This document shows, one piece after another, positions 34,852 to 44,835 of a DNA stretch of 60,080 nt. The first letter of the stretch is position 1. Every line of letters starts with the position of its first letter. The DNA lies in the NCBI GenBank assembly GCA_038228545.1, contig JBBRPE010000002.1, forward strand, positions 88,426 through 148,505, written 5' to 3'. Below the pieces are notes generated by a model. The model saw only the letters and a list, made by a program, of their open reading frames with translations. It did no database searches and was not told where the DNA came from. This DNA is from Minisyncoccia bacterium. GTDB taxonomy: Bacteria > Patescibacteriota > Minisyncoccia > Phycocordibacterales > Phycocordibacteraceae. The position numbers were made by a program, and so were the translations under genes.

Positions 34852-35547
34852 ATGGGGAAGGGAATATTCGTCGTTTTTGACGGGAATGATGGCTCCGGAA
34901 AAGCCACACAAACCAAGCTTTTGGCGGACTATTTTGAAGCTCAGGGTACGGGACATTTGAAACTCGATTTTCCGGCATACGACAAGAATTTCTTCGGAGC
35001 CTTTGTGGGCGAATGTCTTGCAGGTCAGCATGGCGACTTCGTCCACATGGATCCGAAGATAGCTTCAACGCTCTACTCGTGTGATCGGCTTGAATCCACG
35101 CCAGCGATACGCGCAGCACTCGCAGAAGGAAAAATAGTTCTCGCAGACCGTTTTGCGAGCTCAAATCAAATTCATCAGGGTGGAAAAATAGCTGACGAAT
35201 CCGAACGTGTGGGTTTTTTGAAATGGCTAGAAAAAATGGAGCATGATGTGCTTGGCGTGCCACGCCCTGACGCCATCATCTATCTCGATGTGCCGCTCGA
35301 AATTTCTCTTGAACTACTCACCAAAAAACGTGCAGCAAAAAACCAAACCCTTTCCGATGGTGTGAAAGATACGGTCGAGGAAGACCGTAAGTATTTGGAG
35401 CGCAGTCATGAGACCGCACAGTGGCTCGCGAGCCGCGAAAGCAACTGGCACATTGTGAAGTGCATGGAAGGTGAAACTCTGCGCAGTCCTGAGGCCATAC
35501 ATGCTGATGTGGTGCGGATTGTGTCCTCACTGGCCGAACAGGTATAA
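34852..35547 (+). CDS. tmk: Thymidylate kinase
   Basis: Start at [20 protein letters not shown] (P-loop), DRF..S..HQGG, lid region. Divergent from thyA. Confidence 0.88.
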   Translation: MGKGIFVVFDGNDGSGKATQTKLLADYFEAQGTGHLKLDFPAYDKNFFGAFVGECLAGQHGDFVHMDPKIASTLYSCDRLESTPAIRAALAEGKIVLADRFASSNQIHQGGKIADESERVGFLKWLEKMEHDVLGVPRPDAIIYLDVPLEISLELLTKKRAAKNQTLSDGVKDTVEEDRKYLERSHETAQWLASRESNWHIVKCMEGETLRSPEAIHADVVRIVSSLAEQV

Positions 35548-35605
35548 TCACTGCAATGACATAAGGATTCATCATCGGTGCACTTTACGAACTAATGCAT
35601 TCAGC

Positions 35606-36949
35606 ATGAATCCTTACCCTCACATCAAGAACGAAGACAGCGAGCTCGAGCAGCTTATACAGGAAGAAGCAGTCCGCCAGCAGGAAGGACTTGAGCTTAT
35701 ACCGAGCGAAAATTACACCAGTGCGGCTGTAATGGAAGCAATGGGCTCCATACTCACGAATAAATATTCCGAAGGCTACGCGGGGAAGCGCTACTACAAC
35801 GGCAATGAATTTATTGACCAGATTGAAACGCTCGCAATCGAGCGTGCGAAGTCACTCTTTGGCGTACCGTATGCAAACGTACAGCCATACTCGGGTAGTC
35901 CCGCAAACCTCGCGGTATATCTCGCCACCATGCAGCCGGGCGATACCGTCATGGGCCTCAGCCTTCCTGACGGAGGCCACCTAACGCACGGATGGAAAGT
36001 ATCCGCGACGGCTATTTTTTATAACAGTGTTCCGTATCACGTCCGCGAAGACGGACGTATTGATATGGATGAGGTGCGAGCGCTCGCACGCGAGCACAAA
36101 CCGAAGCTCATCTGGGCAGGAGCAACTGCGTACCCGTACGCGTACGACTACGCTGCCTTCGCAGAGATTGCAGACGAAGTCAGTGCATACCTCGCAGCTG
36201 ACATCGCGCACGTGGCTGGTCTTGTCGCGGCAGGTGCTCATCCCTCTCCTGTGCCGCATGCACACATCGTGACGACAACCACTCATAAGACGCTCCGTGG
36301 CCCTCGTGGCGGCATCATCATGACCACAGAGCGCGGCTTAGCGAAAGACGCTGATCTTGCGACTAAAGTTGATAAAGCAGTCTTCCCCGGCCTCCAAGGT
36401 GGTCCGCATGACCACCAGACTGCAGCGATAGCGATAGCGCTCAAGGAGGCAGCAACAGAAGAATTTACGGCGTATGGACATCAAGTAGTCGCGAACGCAA
36501 AAACGCTCGCAGCAAGCCTTATAAAAAATGGCCTCACGGTAGTTTCCGGAGGAACGGAAAATCATCTCATTCTTCTGGACTTAGCACCAACCCTCGGACC
36601 CGGTGGAGGAGTGTTCGGAAGTGACGCTATGGAAGCGGCTGGCATGACGGCAAACAAGAACACAGTGCCGAAAGATCCGGCGTCACCGTTCTATCCGTCC
36701 GGAGTTCGCCTTGGCACTCCCGCTCTCACAACTCGTGGAATGAAGGAAGCTGAAATGGAGAAAGTGGGTGAGTGGATTGCTCGTGCCGTGAAGGCTGTGG
36801 GTGATCGGAGACTTCCTACAGATACGAAGGAACGCACTGTGTACCTGAAAGAATTTACCGCCTCGCTCGCTACAAACGAAGAGCTGGCAGCAATTAAATC
36901 GGAAATTAAAGAATTCACGAAAACCTATCCGATTCCAGGTATTTCCTGA
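35606..36949 (+). CDS. glyA: Serine hydroxymethyltransferase
   Basis: Start at MNPYPHIK; [34 protein letters not shown] (PLP Lys). Confidence 0.95.
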   Translation: MNPYPHIKNEDSELEQLIQEEAVRQQEGLELIPSENYTSAAVMEAMGSILTNKYSEGYAGKRYYNGNEFIDQIETLAIERAKSLFGVPYANVQPYSGSPANLAVYLATMQPGDTVMGLSLPDGGHLTHGWKVSATAIFYNSVPYHVREDGRIDMDEVRALAREHKPKLIWAGATAYPYAYDYAAFAEIADEVSAYLAADIAHVAGLVAAGAHPSPVPHAHIVTTTTHKTLRGPRGGIIMTTERGLAKDADLATKVDKAVFPGLQGGPHDHQTAAIAIALKEAATEEFTAYGHQVVANAKTLAASLIKNGLTVVSGGTENHLILLDLAPTLGPGGGVFGSDAMEAAGMTANKNTVPKDPASPFYPSGVRLGTPALTTRGMKEAEMEKVGEWIARAVKAVGDRRLPTDTKERTVYLKEFTASLATNEELAAIKSEIKEFTKTYPIPGIS

Positions 36950-36968
36950 TTTTTGTTACACTGGCGCA

Positions 36969-38618
36969 ATGGAAGAAACACTGCGTACTGCAGTCCAAAA
37001 GGCTCTCGCAGATGCGGGTGCGTCTGATACGTCGTTCGCTATAGAGTGGCCGACTGACTTTGCACATGGCGATTACTCCACGAATGCTGCCATGGCTGCA
37101 GCGAAAGCACTTGGGAAGAATCCCAAGGAACTAGCATCTGAGCTCGCTACGAGTCTCAAGGAAAGTCTTGGAGAAACAGTCGAGTCGGTAACAGTTGCCG
37201 GTCCTGGATTCATAAATTTCACGCTCGCACGGCCGGTCATTTCCGGAATCGTGAAAGAGGCAGCGGCTCTCGGAAGTGAATGGGGAAGGGGTGCAGAGCT
37301 CGAAGGGAAGAGATACTCAATTGAGTATTCGTGTCCGAATCCATTCAAGGAGATGCATATTGGCCACCTCATGAGCACGGTCATTGGTGAAGCTCTCTCG
37401 CGAGTTATCGAGAACGAAGGAGCGACGGTTATCCGTGACAGCTATGGAGGTGATGTAGGTCCACACGTAGCGAAAGCAGTATGGGCATTGCAGAAAAAAG
37501 GAATTACAGAGCCTGCGAACGCAAAGGAAGTCGGAGATGCGTACGCGCACGGCTCACGTGCATACGAGGAGAGCGAGGAAGCTAAAACGGAAATTGACGC
37601 GCTCAACCGAGCTATCTATGTTGGAAACGACAGAGACCTTATGGAGCTCTGGCGCAAAGGACGCGAGGTGTGTCTCGAAGAATTTAAAGAAATATACAAA
37701 GTTCTTGATACCCACTTCGACTACTTCTTTTTTGAAAGCGAAACTGCGGTCCCTGGCATGGAGGTGGTCAAAGACGGACTTGCAAGAGGCGTGTTTGAGG
37801 AAAGTCAGGGAGCCATTATTTACAACGGTGAAAAGAAGGGCCTACATACGCTCGTGTTCGTCACCTCGCAGGGCAATCCGACCTACGAAGCAAAAGAAGT
37901 TGGCCTCGCATTTCTTATCGAGGAGCGCGTACCGTCTGACGTTCGGTACATTCTTACTGCTGCCGAGCAGGTGGGGCACTTTGCGGTGGTGAAGGCTGCA
38001 CTTGAAGACATTGGTCCGTTGGTCGCCGCTAAGACCTCGCATGTACCACATGGATTCCTTCGCCTTACGACCGGGAAAATGTCATCGCGCGAGGGGAGTG
38101 TCATCACCGCGACTGACCTTATTGCAGACATCATCAAAGTCGCTCGCGAACGTAATGAAGATTCGCTCATCGCACAGGCTGTCGCGATTGGAGCAATCAA
38201 ATACATGATTCTTCGTCAGGCCGCAGGCGGAGACATTATTTTCGATGTTGATAAGTCGCTCTCACTTGAGGGTGATTCAGGTCCATATCTCCAGTACGCG
38301 CTCGTGCGTGCCCGAAAGATTCTTTCCTATGCTCCGGAAAAGCTACTTGATGCGGAAGCGCCGGCAACTCCGTACACGCTCGAACGACTCATCGTTCGCT
38401 TCCCTGAGGTCGCGCGTCAGGCTGCAGCGGACCATGCGCCGCATGCGATAACGCAGTACCTCACCAAGCTCGCGGGGGAGTGGAATTCTTTTTATGCGAG
38501 CGAGCAGGTACTTGGAAGCGACGGCGAGGCATATAAGTTGGTACTGGCGAAAGCGTTTGCAACAACAATGGAGAACGGTCTCCGCATGCTTGCGATTCCT
38601 GCTCCCGAACGGATGTAG
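36969..38618 (+). CDS. argS: Arginine--tRNA ligase
   Basis: IEYSCPNPFKEMHIGH (HIGH), ..TGKMSSREG.. (KMSKS variant), DALR anticodon-binding C-terminus ending ..M. Confidence 0.93.
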   Translation: MEETLRTAVQKALADAGASDTSFAIEWPTDFAHGDYSTNAAMAAAKALGKNPKELASELATSLKESLGETVESVTVAGPGFINFTLARPVISGIVKEAAALGSEWGRGAELEGKRYSIEYSCPNPFKEMHIGHLMSTVIGEALSRVIENEGATVIRDSYGGDVGPHVAKAVWALQKKGITEPANAKEVGDAYAHGSRAYEESEEAKTEIDALNRAIYVGNDRDLMELWRKGREVCLEEFKEIYKVLDTHFDYFFFESETAVPGMEVVKDGLARGVFEESQGAIIYNGEKKGLHTLVFVTSQGNPTYEAKEVGLAFLIEERVPSDVRYILTAAEQVGHFAVVKAALEDIGPLVAAKTSHVPHGFLRLTTGKMSSREGSVITATDLIADIIKVARERNEDSLIAQAVAIGAIKYMILRQAAGGDIIFDVDKSLSLEGDSGPYLQYALVRARKILSYAPEKLLDAEAPATPYTLERLIVRFPEVARQAAADHAPHAITQYLTKLAGEWNSFYASEQVLGSDGEAYKLVLAKAFATTMENGLRMLAIPAPERM

Positions 38619-38630
38619 ATAGCACTACTT

Positions 38631-38656
38631 GCCTAACGCAGTATTCGGCGTTAGGC
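38631..38656 (+). terminator. argS terminator hairpin
   Basis: GCCTAACGC-(8 nt)-GCGTTAGGC followed by a T-rich tract. Confidence 0.6.
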
Positions 38657-39000
38657 TCGTTCTTGTCTCCATTTCGGGAGACGACTGATACAGGGGAGTG
38701 ACCTTTGGCGCGTAAGAGCAAACAAAAGAAGGACCTGGTGGGGACCTTCTGCCGCGAATTGCGGTGCAACACGGTGGCGCTTTTTCATAAAGCGTTCGCC
38801 TGGAGGCATCGGCGGCATGATGGTCGAACCATCAGTCACGCCCATGCGACCTACCAGCGCAAAGGAAGAATTCCCGATTGGGTTCGGGACTTCATCCAGC
38901 ACGTGCGCGGTCTGGGCGTAACTGCTCTTCCCGCATAGGCGGGGAACCTACTTCATGACGGCGGCCTGGCGTGAAAGCGTCGGGCCGTTTCCTTTTTTAG
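38657..39000 (+). other. Unassigned, relatively GC-rich structured non-coding region (candidate ncRNA or ileS leader) ending in its own terminator
   Basis: No convincing ORF. Several local hairpins: GTCTCC/GGAGAC at 38664-38681, GAAGGACC/GGACCTTC at 38728-38749, GATGGT/ACCATC at 38819-38833. Terminal stem 38962-38987 has two G-U pairs that work only on the + strand, followed by TTTCCTTTTTT, 27 nt before the ileS ATG. Confidence 0.4.
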
Positions 39001-39026
39001 GTCGTAAACGCTACGATAAGTAAATT

Positions 39027-42000
39027 ATGGCCGATATAGATACTGACGCAGTCGAGAAGTCTGAAGCAGCTCTTCGTGAGGAAGAAATCCTAACCTTCTG
39101 GAAGGATAATCAGATTTTTGAAAAATCACTTGAGCGCGGAAGCGAGAAAAAGACGTTTGTTTTTTACGAAGGACCGCCAACGGCCAACGGCCGACCGGGC
39201 GTCCATCACCTCATGGGGCGGGCCTTTAAAGATGCTATCCCGCGCTACAAAACGATGCGCGGATTCCGTGTACCGCGCCGAGCTGGCTGGGACACGCACG
39301 GACTTCCCGTAGAACTCGAAGTCGAGAAGCAGCTTGGTTTTAAAGGTAAACAGGATATTGAAGAGTACGGGATAGCTGCATTCAATGCGAAGTGTCGTGA
39401 GAGTGTGTTTGATTACATTCACGAGTGGGAGCGCTTCACTGCGCGTATGGGGTATTGGGTCGATTTAGAGAAGGCGTACTTCACGTTCGATGCATCCTAT
39501 ATGGAGTCGGTGTGGAACGTATTCAAGAAAGTAAATGATGACGAACAACTGTATAAGGACTACCGCGTTGTCCCGTGGTGCGTGAAGTGCGGTACGGCAC
39601 TTTCAAGCCACGAACTCGCTCAAGGCTACGAGGACGTAAAGGACCTTTCTATAACAGCGAAGTTCGAGCTGGCGGACGAGCCCGGCACCTATCTGCTCGC
39701 GTGGACGACGACTCCCTGGACACTCCCGGGTAACGTCGCACTTGCTGTGGGGAACGATATCGACTACACAAAAGTACGAACTGCTGACGGCACGTTTGTC
39801 GTTGCAAGCAAACTCCTCGGAAAAACTTTTACGGATACGGAACATGAAGTACTCGCCACAATGAAGGGACGTGACCTCGTTGGGAAGTCGTATAAACCAC
39901 TCTATCCGTTTGCTAAGGAACTTGCCTCCGACACTGAGAAGGAAAAGTTCGACAAAGCTTTTCAGATATATCCTGCAGATTTCGTAACGACCGAAGACGG
40001 TACCGGTATCGTGCACACTGCCGTGATGTACGGTCAGGAAGATTTTGAGCTGGGTCAGAAGCTCGGACTTCCGAAGGTGCATCTTGTTGCTCCGGACGGC
40101 ACGTTTATTCCCGGCACTGGTTTTCTTGAAGGAGCATCCGTTATCGACGCTGAGACGAATGTCGCTGTGCTCAAAGATTTGCAGGAGAAGGGACTCTTTT
40201 TCTCGAAGGAAAACTATTCACACTCCTATCCGCACTGTTGGCGCAGTAAGAATCGTCTCATCTACTACGCGCGCGACTCGTGGTATATCCGCATGACCTC
40301 ACTTCGCGAGGAACTCATGGCTGAAAACCAGAAGGTGAACTGGGAACCGAGTTACATACGCGATGGTCGTATGGGGGAGTGGCTCGCCAACGTGCGCGAC
40401 TGGGCGATATCGCGAGAACGCTACTGGGGCACGCCGCTTCCGATATGGCAGAACGAAGACGGTACCGAACGCGTCGTTATCGGTTCAATCGAGGAACTTA
40501 AGAAGCGCACGAAGAAGAGCGGTAATCGCTACTTCATCATGCGTCACGGGCAATCAGAAAATAATGTCGCAGAGCAGATGGATTCGACCGATGAAATGAA
40601 ATGGCCGTTGACGGAAAAAGGACGTATGGATGTGCTTGCAGATATTGGGAAATTGAAAGAGGCGAAGATAGATTTCATTACACACTCTCCGTTGTACCGC
40701 ACACAGCAGACGGCGAGCATTGTTGCCGAAGCACTTGGTATTCCAACTGAATCAGTCGTCGTAGATGAACGCATACGTGAGATACAGATAGGGACGCTTT
40801 CTGGGAAAAACATACAGGATTTTATTGACTTCCGCGCCACGCACGCGTTCAGTGAGAAGTTCCCCGGTGGCGAAAGCTTTATGGACGCAAAGAATCGGTT
40901 TGCATCACTACTCTACAGTCTGGAGGCGGAGCATACTGGAAAGAATATTCTTATCGTTACGCATGGCATTGGACTTCAGATCGCAACTGCAATTGTCGAA
41001 GGAGCCGATGAAAAGCGCACCACGGAAATTGTCGAGAACGACGAACCCCACAATGGGGAAGTCCGCGAGCTTACCTTCGTGTCGCTTCCGCATAATAAAA
41101 GCTTTGAGCTCGATTTGCATCGTCCCTACATCGACGACGTAAAACTCATATCCGATTCTGGTGTCGAGCTCACACGCGTGAAGGAAGTCATGGATGTATG
41201 GTTTGATTCCGGCGCTATGCCATTCGCACAGGACCACTATCCGTTCGAAAACAAGGACGGGGTTGATTCCAAAGGTTTTCCCGCTGATTTCATTTCGGAA
41301 GCGATAGACCAAACACGCGGCTGGTTCTACACACTGCTTGCTGTGGGTACGCTTATGGGGAAGGGAGCTGCGTACAAGAATGTTATTTGCCTTGGTCATT
41401 TGCTCGACCAAAAGGGTCTCAAGATGAGTAAATCAAAAGGCAACATCATTGAACCGATGGCAGCCATGAAGCGGTACGGTGCTGACACGCTACGTCTGTG
41501 GATGTATAGCGTGAACCAGCCAGGAGACAGTAAGAGTTTCGACGATAAGACCGTGAAGGAATCCGCGCGCGTACTCTCATGGTTTGAAAATAGCGTTAAA
41601 TTCTACGAACTCTTTAAGGACGTTCGTGGGGCAGACGAGAAGCCAGAGGTTATCGATATGTGGATGCGCACACGCGTGTCCGAAACAATCGCGAAGGCGA
41701 CTACGGCACTCGATGCGTATGACCTCTACACTGCAACTCGCTCAATCTCAGTTTTGGTAGAAGATTTGTCGCAGTGGTACGTACGCCGCGTGCGCGATCG
41801 TGTGCGTGATGGCGACCAGGCAGCTATTACCACGCTCCGCGATACGCTCCAGACGGTAGCCGTACTTCTGGCTCCATTCACGCCATTTGTTGCTGAGTGG
41901 GCCTATCAGGCTGTCCGCGAGGACTCAGACCCCGAGAGCGTACACCTTGCTGATTGGTACGAGCCCGGCACCATTGATACCGACCTTATTCAGAATATGG

Positions 42001-42374
42001 CGAGCACGCGCACGCTTGCCTCTGAAGCACTCCGCGTGCGACAGGCCGCTGGTATAAAGGTTCGTCAGCCGCTTGCCTCACTCTCGATACCGGGTACGCT
42101 CCCGAGCGAGTTTGCTGAACTTCTTGCTGAAGAAGTGAATGTTAAGACAATTGTCACAAATGCTGAGGGTATGGCACTCGACACGGTACTTACTCCCGAG
42201 TTACTTACAGAAGGGGATGAACGTGCGTTCATGCGCGCAGTCGCTGAGGCACGTAAGGAAGAAGGCTTCTCTCCGAGCGATACCGTCACAGCTACAAAGG
42301 GCGACGAAGGAAAATACGTGGCGGAACTTTCAACGGGCACCGTTCGCTTCTCGCTCACTCTCGATGCGTCATAA
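39027..42374 (+). CDS. ileS: Isoleucine--tRNA ligase (type 2-like) with an inserted histidine-phosphatase domain
   Basis: PPTANGRPGVHH.MG, CP1 editing TTTPWTLPGN, WAISRERYWGTPLPIW, DVWFDSG, DQTRGWFY, KMSKSKGN. 1115 aa, single uninterrupted frame. Confidence 0.93.
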   Translation: MADIDTDAVEKSEAALREEEILTFWKDNQIFEKSLERGSEKKTFVFYEGPPTANGRPGVHHLMGRAFKDAIPRYKTMRGFRVPRRAGWDTHGLPVELEVEKQLGFKGKQDIEEYGIAAFNAKCRESVFDYIHEWERFTARMGYWVDLEKAYFTFDASYMESVWNVFKKVNDDEQLYKDYRVVPWCVKCGTALSSHELAQGYEDVKDLSITAKFELADEPGTYLLAWTTTPWTLPGNVALAVGNDIDYTKVRTADGTFVVASKLLGKTFTDTEHEVLATMKGRDLVGKSYKPLYPFAKELASDTEKEKFDKAFQIYPADFVTTEDGTGIVHTAVMYGQEDFELGQKLGLPKVHLVAPDGTFIPGTGFLEGASVIDAETNVAVLKDLQEKGLFFSKENYSHSYPHCWRSKNRLIYYARDSWYIRMTSLREELMAENQKVNWEPSYIRDGRMGEWLANVRDWAISRERYWGTPLPIWQNEDGTERVVIGSIEELKKRTKKSGNRYFIMRHGQSENNVAEQMDSTDEMKWPLTEKGRMDVLADIGKLKEAKIDFITHSPLYRTQQTASIVAEALGIPTESVVVDERIREIQIGTLSGKNIQDFIDFRATHAFSEKFPGGESFMDAKNRFASLLYSLEAEHTGKNILIVTHGIGLQIATAIVEGADEKRTTEIVENDEPHNGEVRELTFVSLPHNKSFELDLHRPYIDDVKLISDSGVELTRVKEVMDVWFDSGAMPFAQDHYPFENKDGVDSKGFPADFISEAIDQTRGWFYTLLAVGTLMGKGAAYKNVICLGHLLDQKGLKMSKSKGNIIEPMAAMKRYGADTLRLWMYSVNQPGDSKSFDDKTVKESARVLSWFENSVKFYELFKDVRGADEKPEVIDMWMRTRVSETIAKATTALDAYDLYTATRSISVLVEDLSQWYVRRVRDRVRDGDQAAITTLRDTLQTVAVLLAPFTPFVAEWAYQAVREDSDPESVHLADWYEPGTIDTDLIQNMASTRTLASEALRVRQAAGIKVRQPLASLSIPGTLPSEFAELLAEEVNVKTIVTNAEGMALDTVLTPELLTEGDERAFMRAVAEARKEEGFSPSDTVTATKGDEGKYVAELSTGTVRFSLTLDAS
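40521..41096 (+). other. Histidine phosphatase (PGM-like, branch 1) domain embedded in IleRS (aa about 499-690)
   Basis: RYFIMRHGQSENN (RHG at 40542-40550), LTEKGR, SPLYRTQQTA, EIQIGTLSG, PGGES, ILIVTHG (His codon at 40962-40964). Confidence 0.8.
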
Positions 42375-42924
42375 GTATTCGACAGAAGCGCTCGTACTCG
42401 CACGCACTCCTCTTTCTGAGGCTGGCATGCTTATAACGCTTCTTACTCCCGAGCTCGGACTTATTCGCGCACGTGCAGAAGGTCTGCGACGTTCAGGTGC
42501 GAAACTCGCGCACGCACTCCAAACCTTTAATGAAACAGACGTCATGTTGGTACGCGGAAAAGAAGGTTGGCGACTGACCGGAGCCATTCTTTCCCAGAAT
42601 CGTTTTAGCGAGTTGACGCACATTTCCCGCATGCGCGCCGCACGCGTTGCCGGCCTCTTGCTACGTCTTGTGCACGGAGAAAGTTCCGACCCACTTCTCC
42701 ACGCGCATTTCCGGGAGTTCATGGATGCACTTCCTATGCTCACACCCGAAGAAGCAGAGACAGCCGAGTCGCTCGTTGTTATGCGTCTTCTTTCGGTACT
42801 TGGCTTTGACGCCGGAGACCTTCCTCCAGACGGGTATGGCACTCCCGCCCACCTACATGCGCTCGAACAACGCTCAAGCATCATCGCGCGCATAAATCGC
42901 GGCATTGCCGCCGCAGGCGTCTAG
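42364..42924 (+). CDS. recO: DNA repair protein RecO (short form)
   Basis: Start at MRHKYSTEALVLARTPLSEAG.., overlapping the ileS end by 11 nt. OB-fold N-terminus and helical C-terminus typical of RecO. Confidence 0.8.
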   Translation: MRHKYSTEALVLARTPLSEAGMLITLLTPELGLIRARAEGLRRSGAKLAHALQTFNETDVMLVRGKEGWRLTGAILSQNRFSELTHISRMRAARVAGLLLRLVHGESSDPLLHAHFREFMDALPMLTPEEAETAESLVVMRLLSVLGFDAGDLPPDGYGTPAHLHALEQRSSIIARINRGIAAAGV

Positions 42925-42948
42925 AGACGGTGCGTTATACTGTGTGTT

Positions 42949-44835
42949 ATGGCTGATAACGAGGAATTGAGCTCACTCGAACGTGTGCGCCAGCGGCTCT
43001 ATAACCCGCAGGCTCCCGTTTCCTTCGAGGAGCCACGCCTAGCGGAACGTCCCGTTGAATCGTCTCGTGGATGGGGAAAAATCCGCAATGTCCAAAAGGA
43101 GGCCGATCAGATATCCGGACCTGCACGGTTCTTCATCGTTGCACTCCTGTTCTTTCTCGTGACTGCAGGTGGAGCAGTGTTTTACCTCGTATACGGTGGA
43201 AGGTCGGTATCAACGAATAATCTTATTCTGACGACGCAGGGTCCGACATCGATTTCAAGCGGTGACACCGTTCCGCTTCTGGTGACGCTTCAGAATAAGA
43301 ATCCGGTAGCGCTTCGCGGTGTCACGATAACCATTACCTATCCGGAAGGAACCAAAGCTGCCGATGATCCGACGAAGCCAATGACGTTGTATACGGAAAA
43401 CCTCGGCGACATCGATTCCGGAGCGCAGGTCTCACGCACTGTACGCTCGGTCGTGTACGGTAGCGAAGGACAGCATGTAGTGCTTCCTATTAAAATTGAA
43501 TATCACACCGACAACAGCAATGCAGTCTTCGTGAAGAATAAGCAGTACGATTTCACGGTCACTACGTCGCCGATATCGCTTACAGTGGATGCGCTCTCAC
43601 AAGCGTCAGCTGGCCAACCGGTCACGGTGCGTGTGACGCTCAAGAGTAATGCAACAACTCCGCTCGATAATGTCGCGGTTCTCGCCGAATATCCATTCGG
43701 TTTTACTCCGACAGCAACTACGCCACAACCGACGACCGGCACACTGTTCTCGTTTGGAACACTCGCACCGGGACAAGAGCAACACATAACCATTACTGGC
43801 GTTCTGTCGGGACAGAATAACGACGACCGAGTCTTTAAATTCAATGCCGGAACGCTCTCCGCGCCAGGCGCCAATACGCTCGCCACGTCGTTTACGGAGA
43901 AAGACGCGGATATCAAACTCACTGCGCCATTCCTTGCTACAACACTCGCGATAAATCGCGACACCACAGAGACACCGGTAATTGATGCTGGTGTTCCGGT
44001 ACCGGTCGTGGTGTCGTGGACGAACACGCTTGCAACACCCGTCACGAATGCCCACGTCACCGTGACGCTTGGTGGAGAAGGCCTCGACGCTGCGAGTGTG
44101 ACATCAGGTACTGGTTTCTATCGCTCGAGTGATACAACCGTGCTCTTTGATTCAACAACGAATCCTTCTCTCGCAATGCTTCAGCCGGGAGATACTGGCC
44201 AGGGTTCATTCACCTTTGCTTCGAAGAATAGTTCGGTGCTAGCGAGCTTGCGTAATCCGTCGGTCACCATGCGTGTGAACGTGTCGGGTCAACGACTTTC
44301 TGAAGTGAATGTTCCCGAGACTATCTCCTCGACACTGTCGCGTACGGTGAAAGTAGGCACTAACCTCGGACTCAGTACGCGTATCGTCCACTCGATTGGT
44401 CCGTTCAAAAACACGGGACCGTGGCCACCGACTGCGAACACAGAGACTACCTACACCGTTAACTACACGCTCAGTAATACGGGCAATACCGTTGCTGGTG
44501 CAAAAATCACCGTGGCGCTACCGTCCTACATCCGGTTTACTGGAAGTGTGAGCCCGAGTGATGGTTCCATAACGTATAACGAAACGACTCGTACGGTGAC
44601 CTGGGAAGCGGGTGACGTGACGTCAGGCTCGGCAAGCGCTAAGACGGCTTCATTCCAAATTGGCTTTACGCCGAGTACGACGCAAGTGGGGCAGAGTCCA
44701 ACGCTCATAACGGCCCAGCAGGTAAGTGGCGTTGATCGCTTTACGCAGCACCAGATTTTGGGAAGTCAGCCCTCACTTTCGACTCAAATTACCTCCGACC
44801 CTGCCTATAGCGCTCAGGACGGTTCCGTGAAATAA
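42949..44835 (+). CDS. Large membrane-anchored extracellular protein with repeated beta-sandwich-like segments
   Basis: TM helix FFIVALLFFLVTAGGAVFYLVY. Then about 550 aa that are T/S/V/N-rich with recurring ..V.V..TL.N.....L.NV.. patterns, as in CARDB/DUF11-type repeats. No catalytic motif. Confidence 0.6.
   Translation: MADNEELSSLERVRQRLYNPQAPVSFEEPRLAERPVESSRGWGKIRNVQKEADQISGPARFFIVALLFFLVTAGGAVFYLVYGGRSVSTNNLILTTQGPTSISSGDTVPLLVTLQNKNPVALRGVTITITYPEGTKAADDPTKPMTLYTENLGDIDSGAQVSRTVRSVVYGSEGQHVVLPIKIEYHTDNSNAVFVKNKQYDFTVTTSPISLTVDALSQASAGQPVTVRVTLKSNATTPLDNVAVLAEYPFGFTPTATTPQPTTGTLFSFGTLAPGQEQHITITGVLSGQNNDDRVFKFNAGTLSAPGANTLATSFTEKDADIKLTAPFLATTLAINRDTTETPVIDAGVPVPVVVSWTNTLATPVTNAHVTVTLGGEGLDAASVTSGTGFYRSSDTTVLFDSTTNPSLAMLQPGDTGQGSFTFASKNSSVLASLRNPSVTMRVNVSGQRLSEVNVPETISSTLSRTVKVGTNLGLSTRIVHSIGPFKNTGPWPPTANTETTYTVNYTLSNTGNTVAGAKITVALPSYIRFTGSVSPSDGSITYNETTRTVTWEAGDVTSGSASAKTASFQIGFTPSTTQVGQSPTLITAQQVSGVDRFTQHQILGSQPSLSTQITSDPAYSAQDGSVK

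Noticed and set aside
38651-38938. Tracked ORFs 38651-38902 (-) and 38705-38938 (+) in the argS-ileS spacer.
   Set aside because: They overlap each other, have poor or non-ATG starts, no Shine-Dalgarno sequence and low-complexity Arg-rich translations. The region is better treated as non-coding.
38657-39000. T-box riboswitch, RNase P RNA or tmRNA upstream of ileS.
   Set aside because: No T-box consensus or Ile specifier context. The RNase P-like fragments (GCGUAAGAGC, GUGCAACA) are in the wrong order and no P4 pairing can be formed on either strand. No tRNA-like acceptor/T-arm for tmRNA. Kept only as an unassigned structured region.
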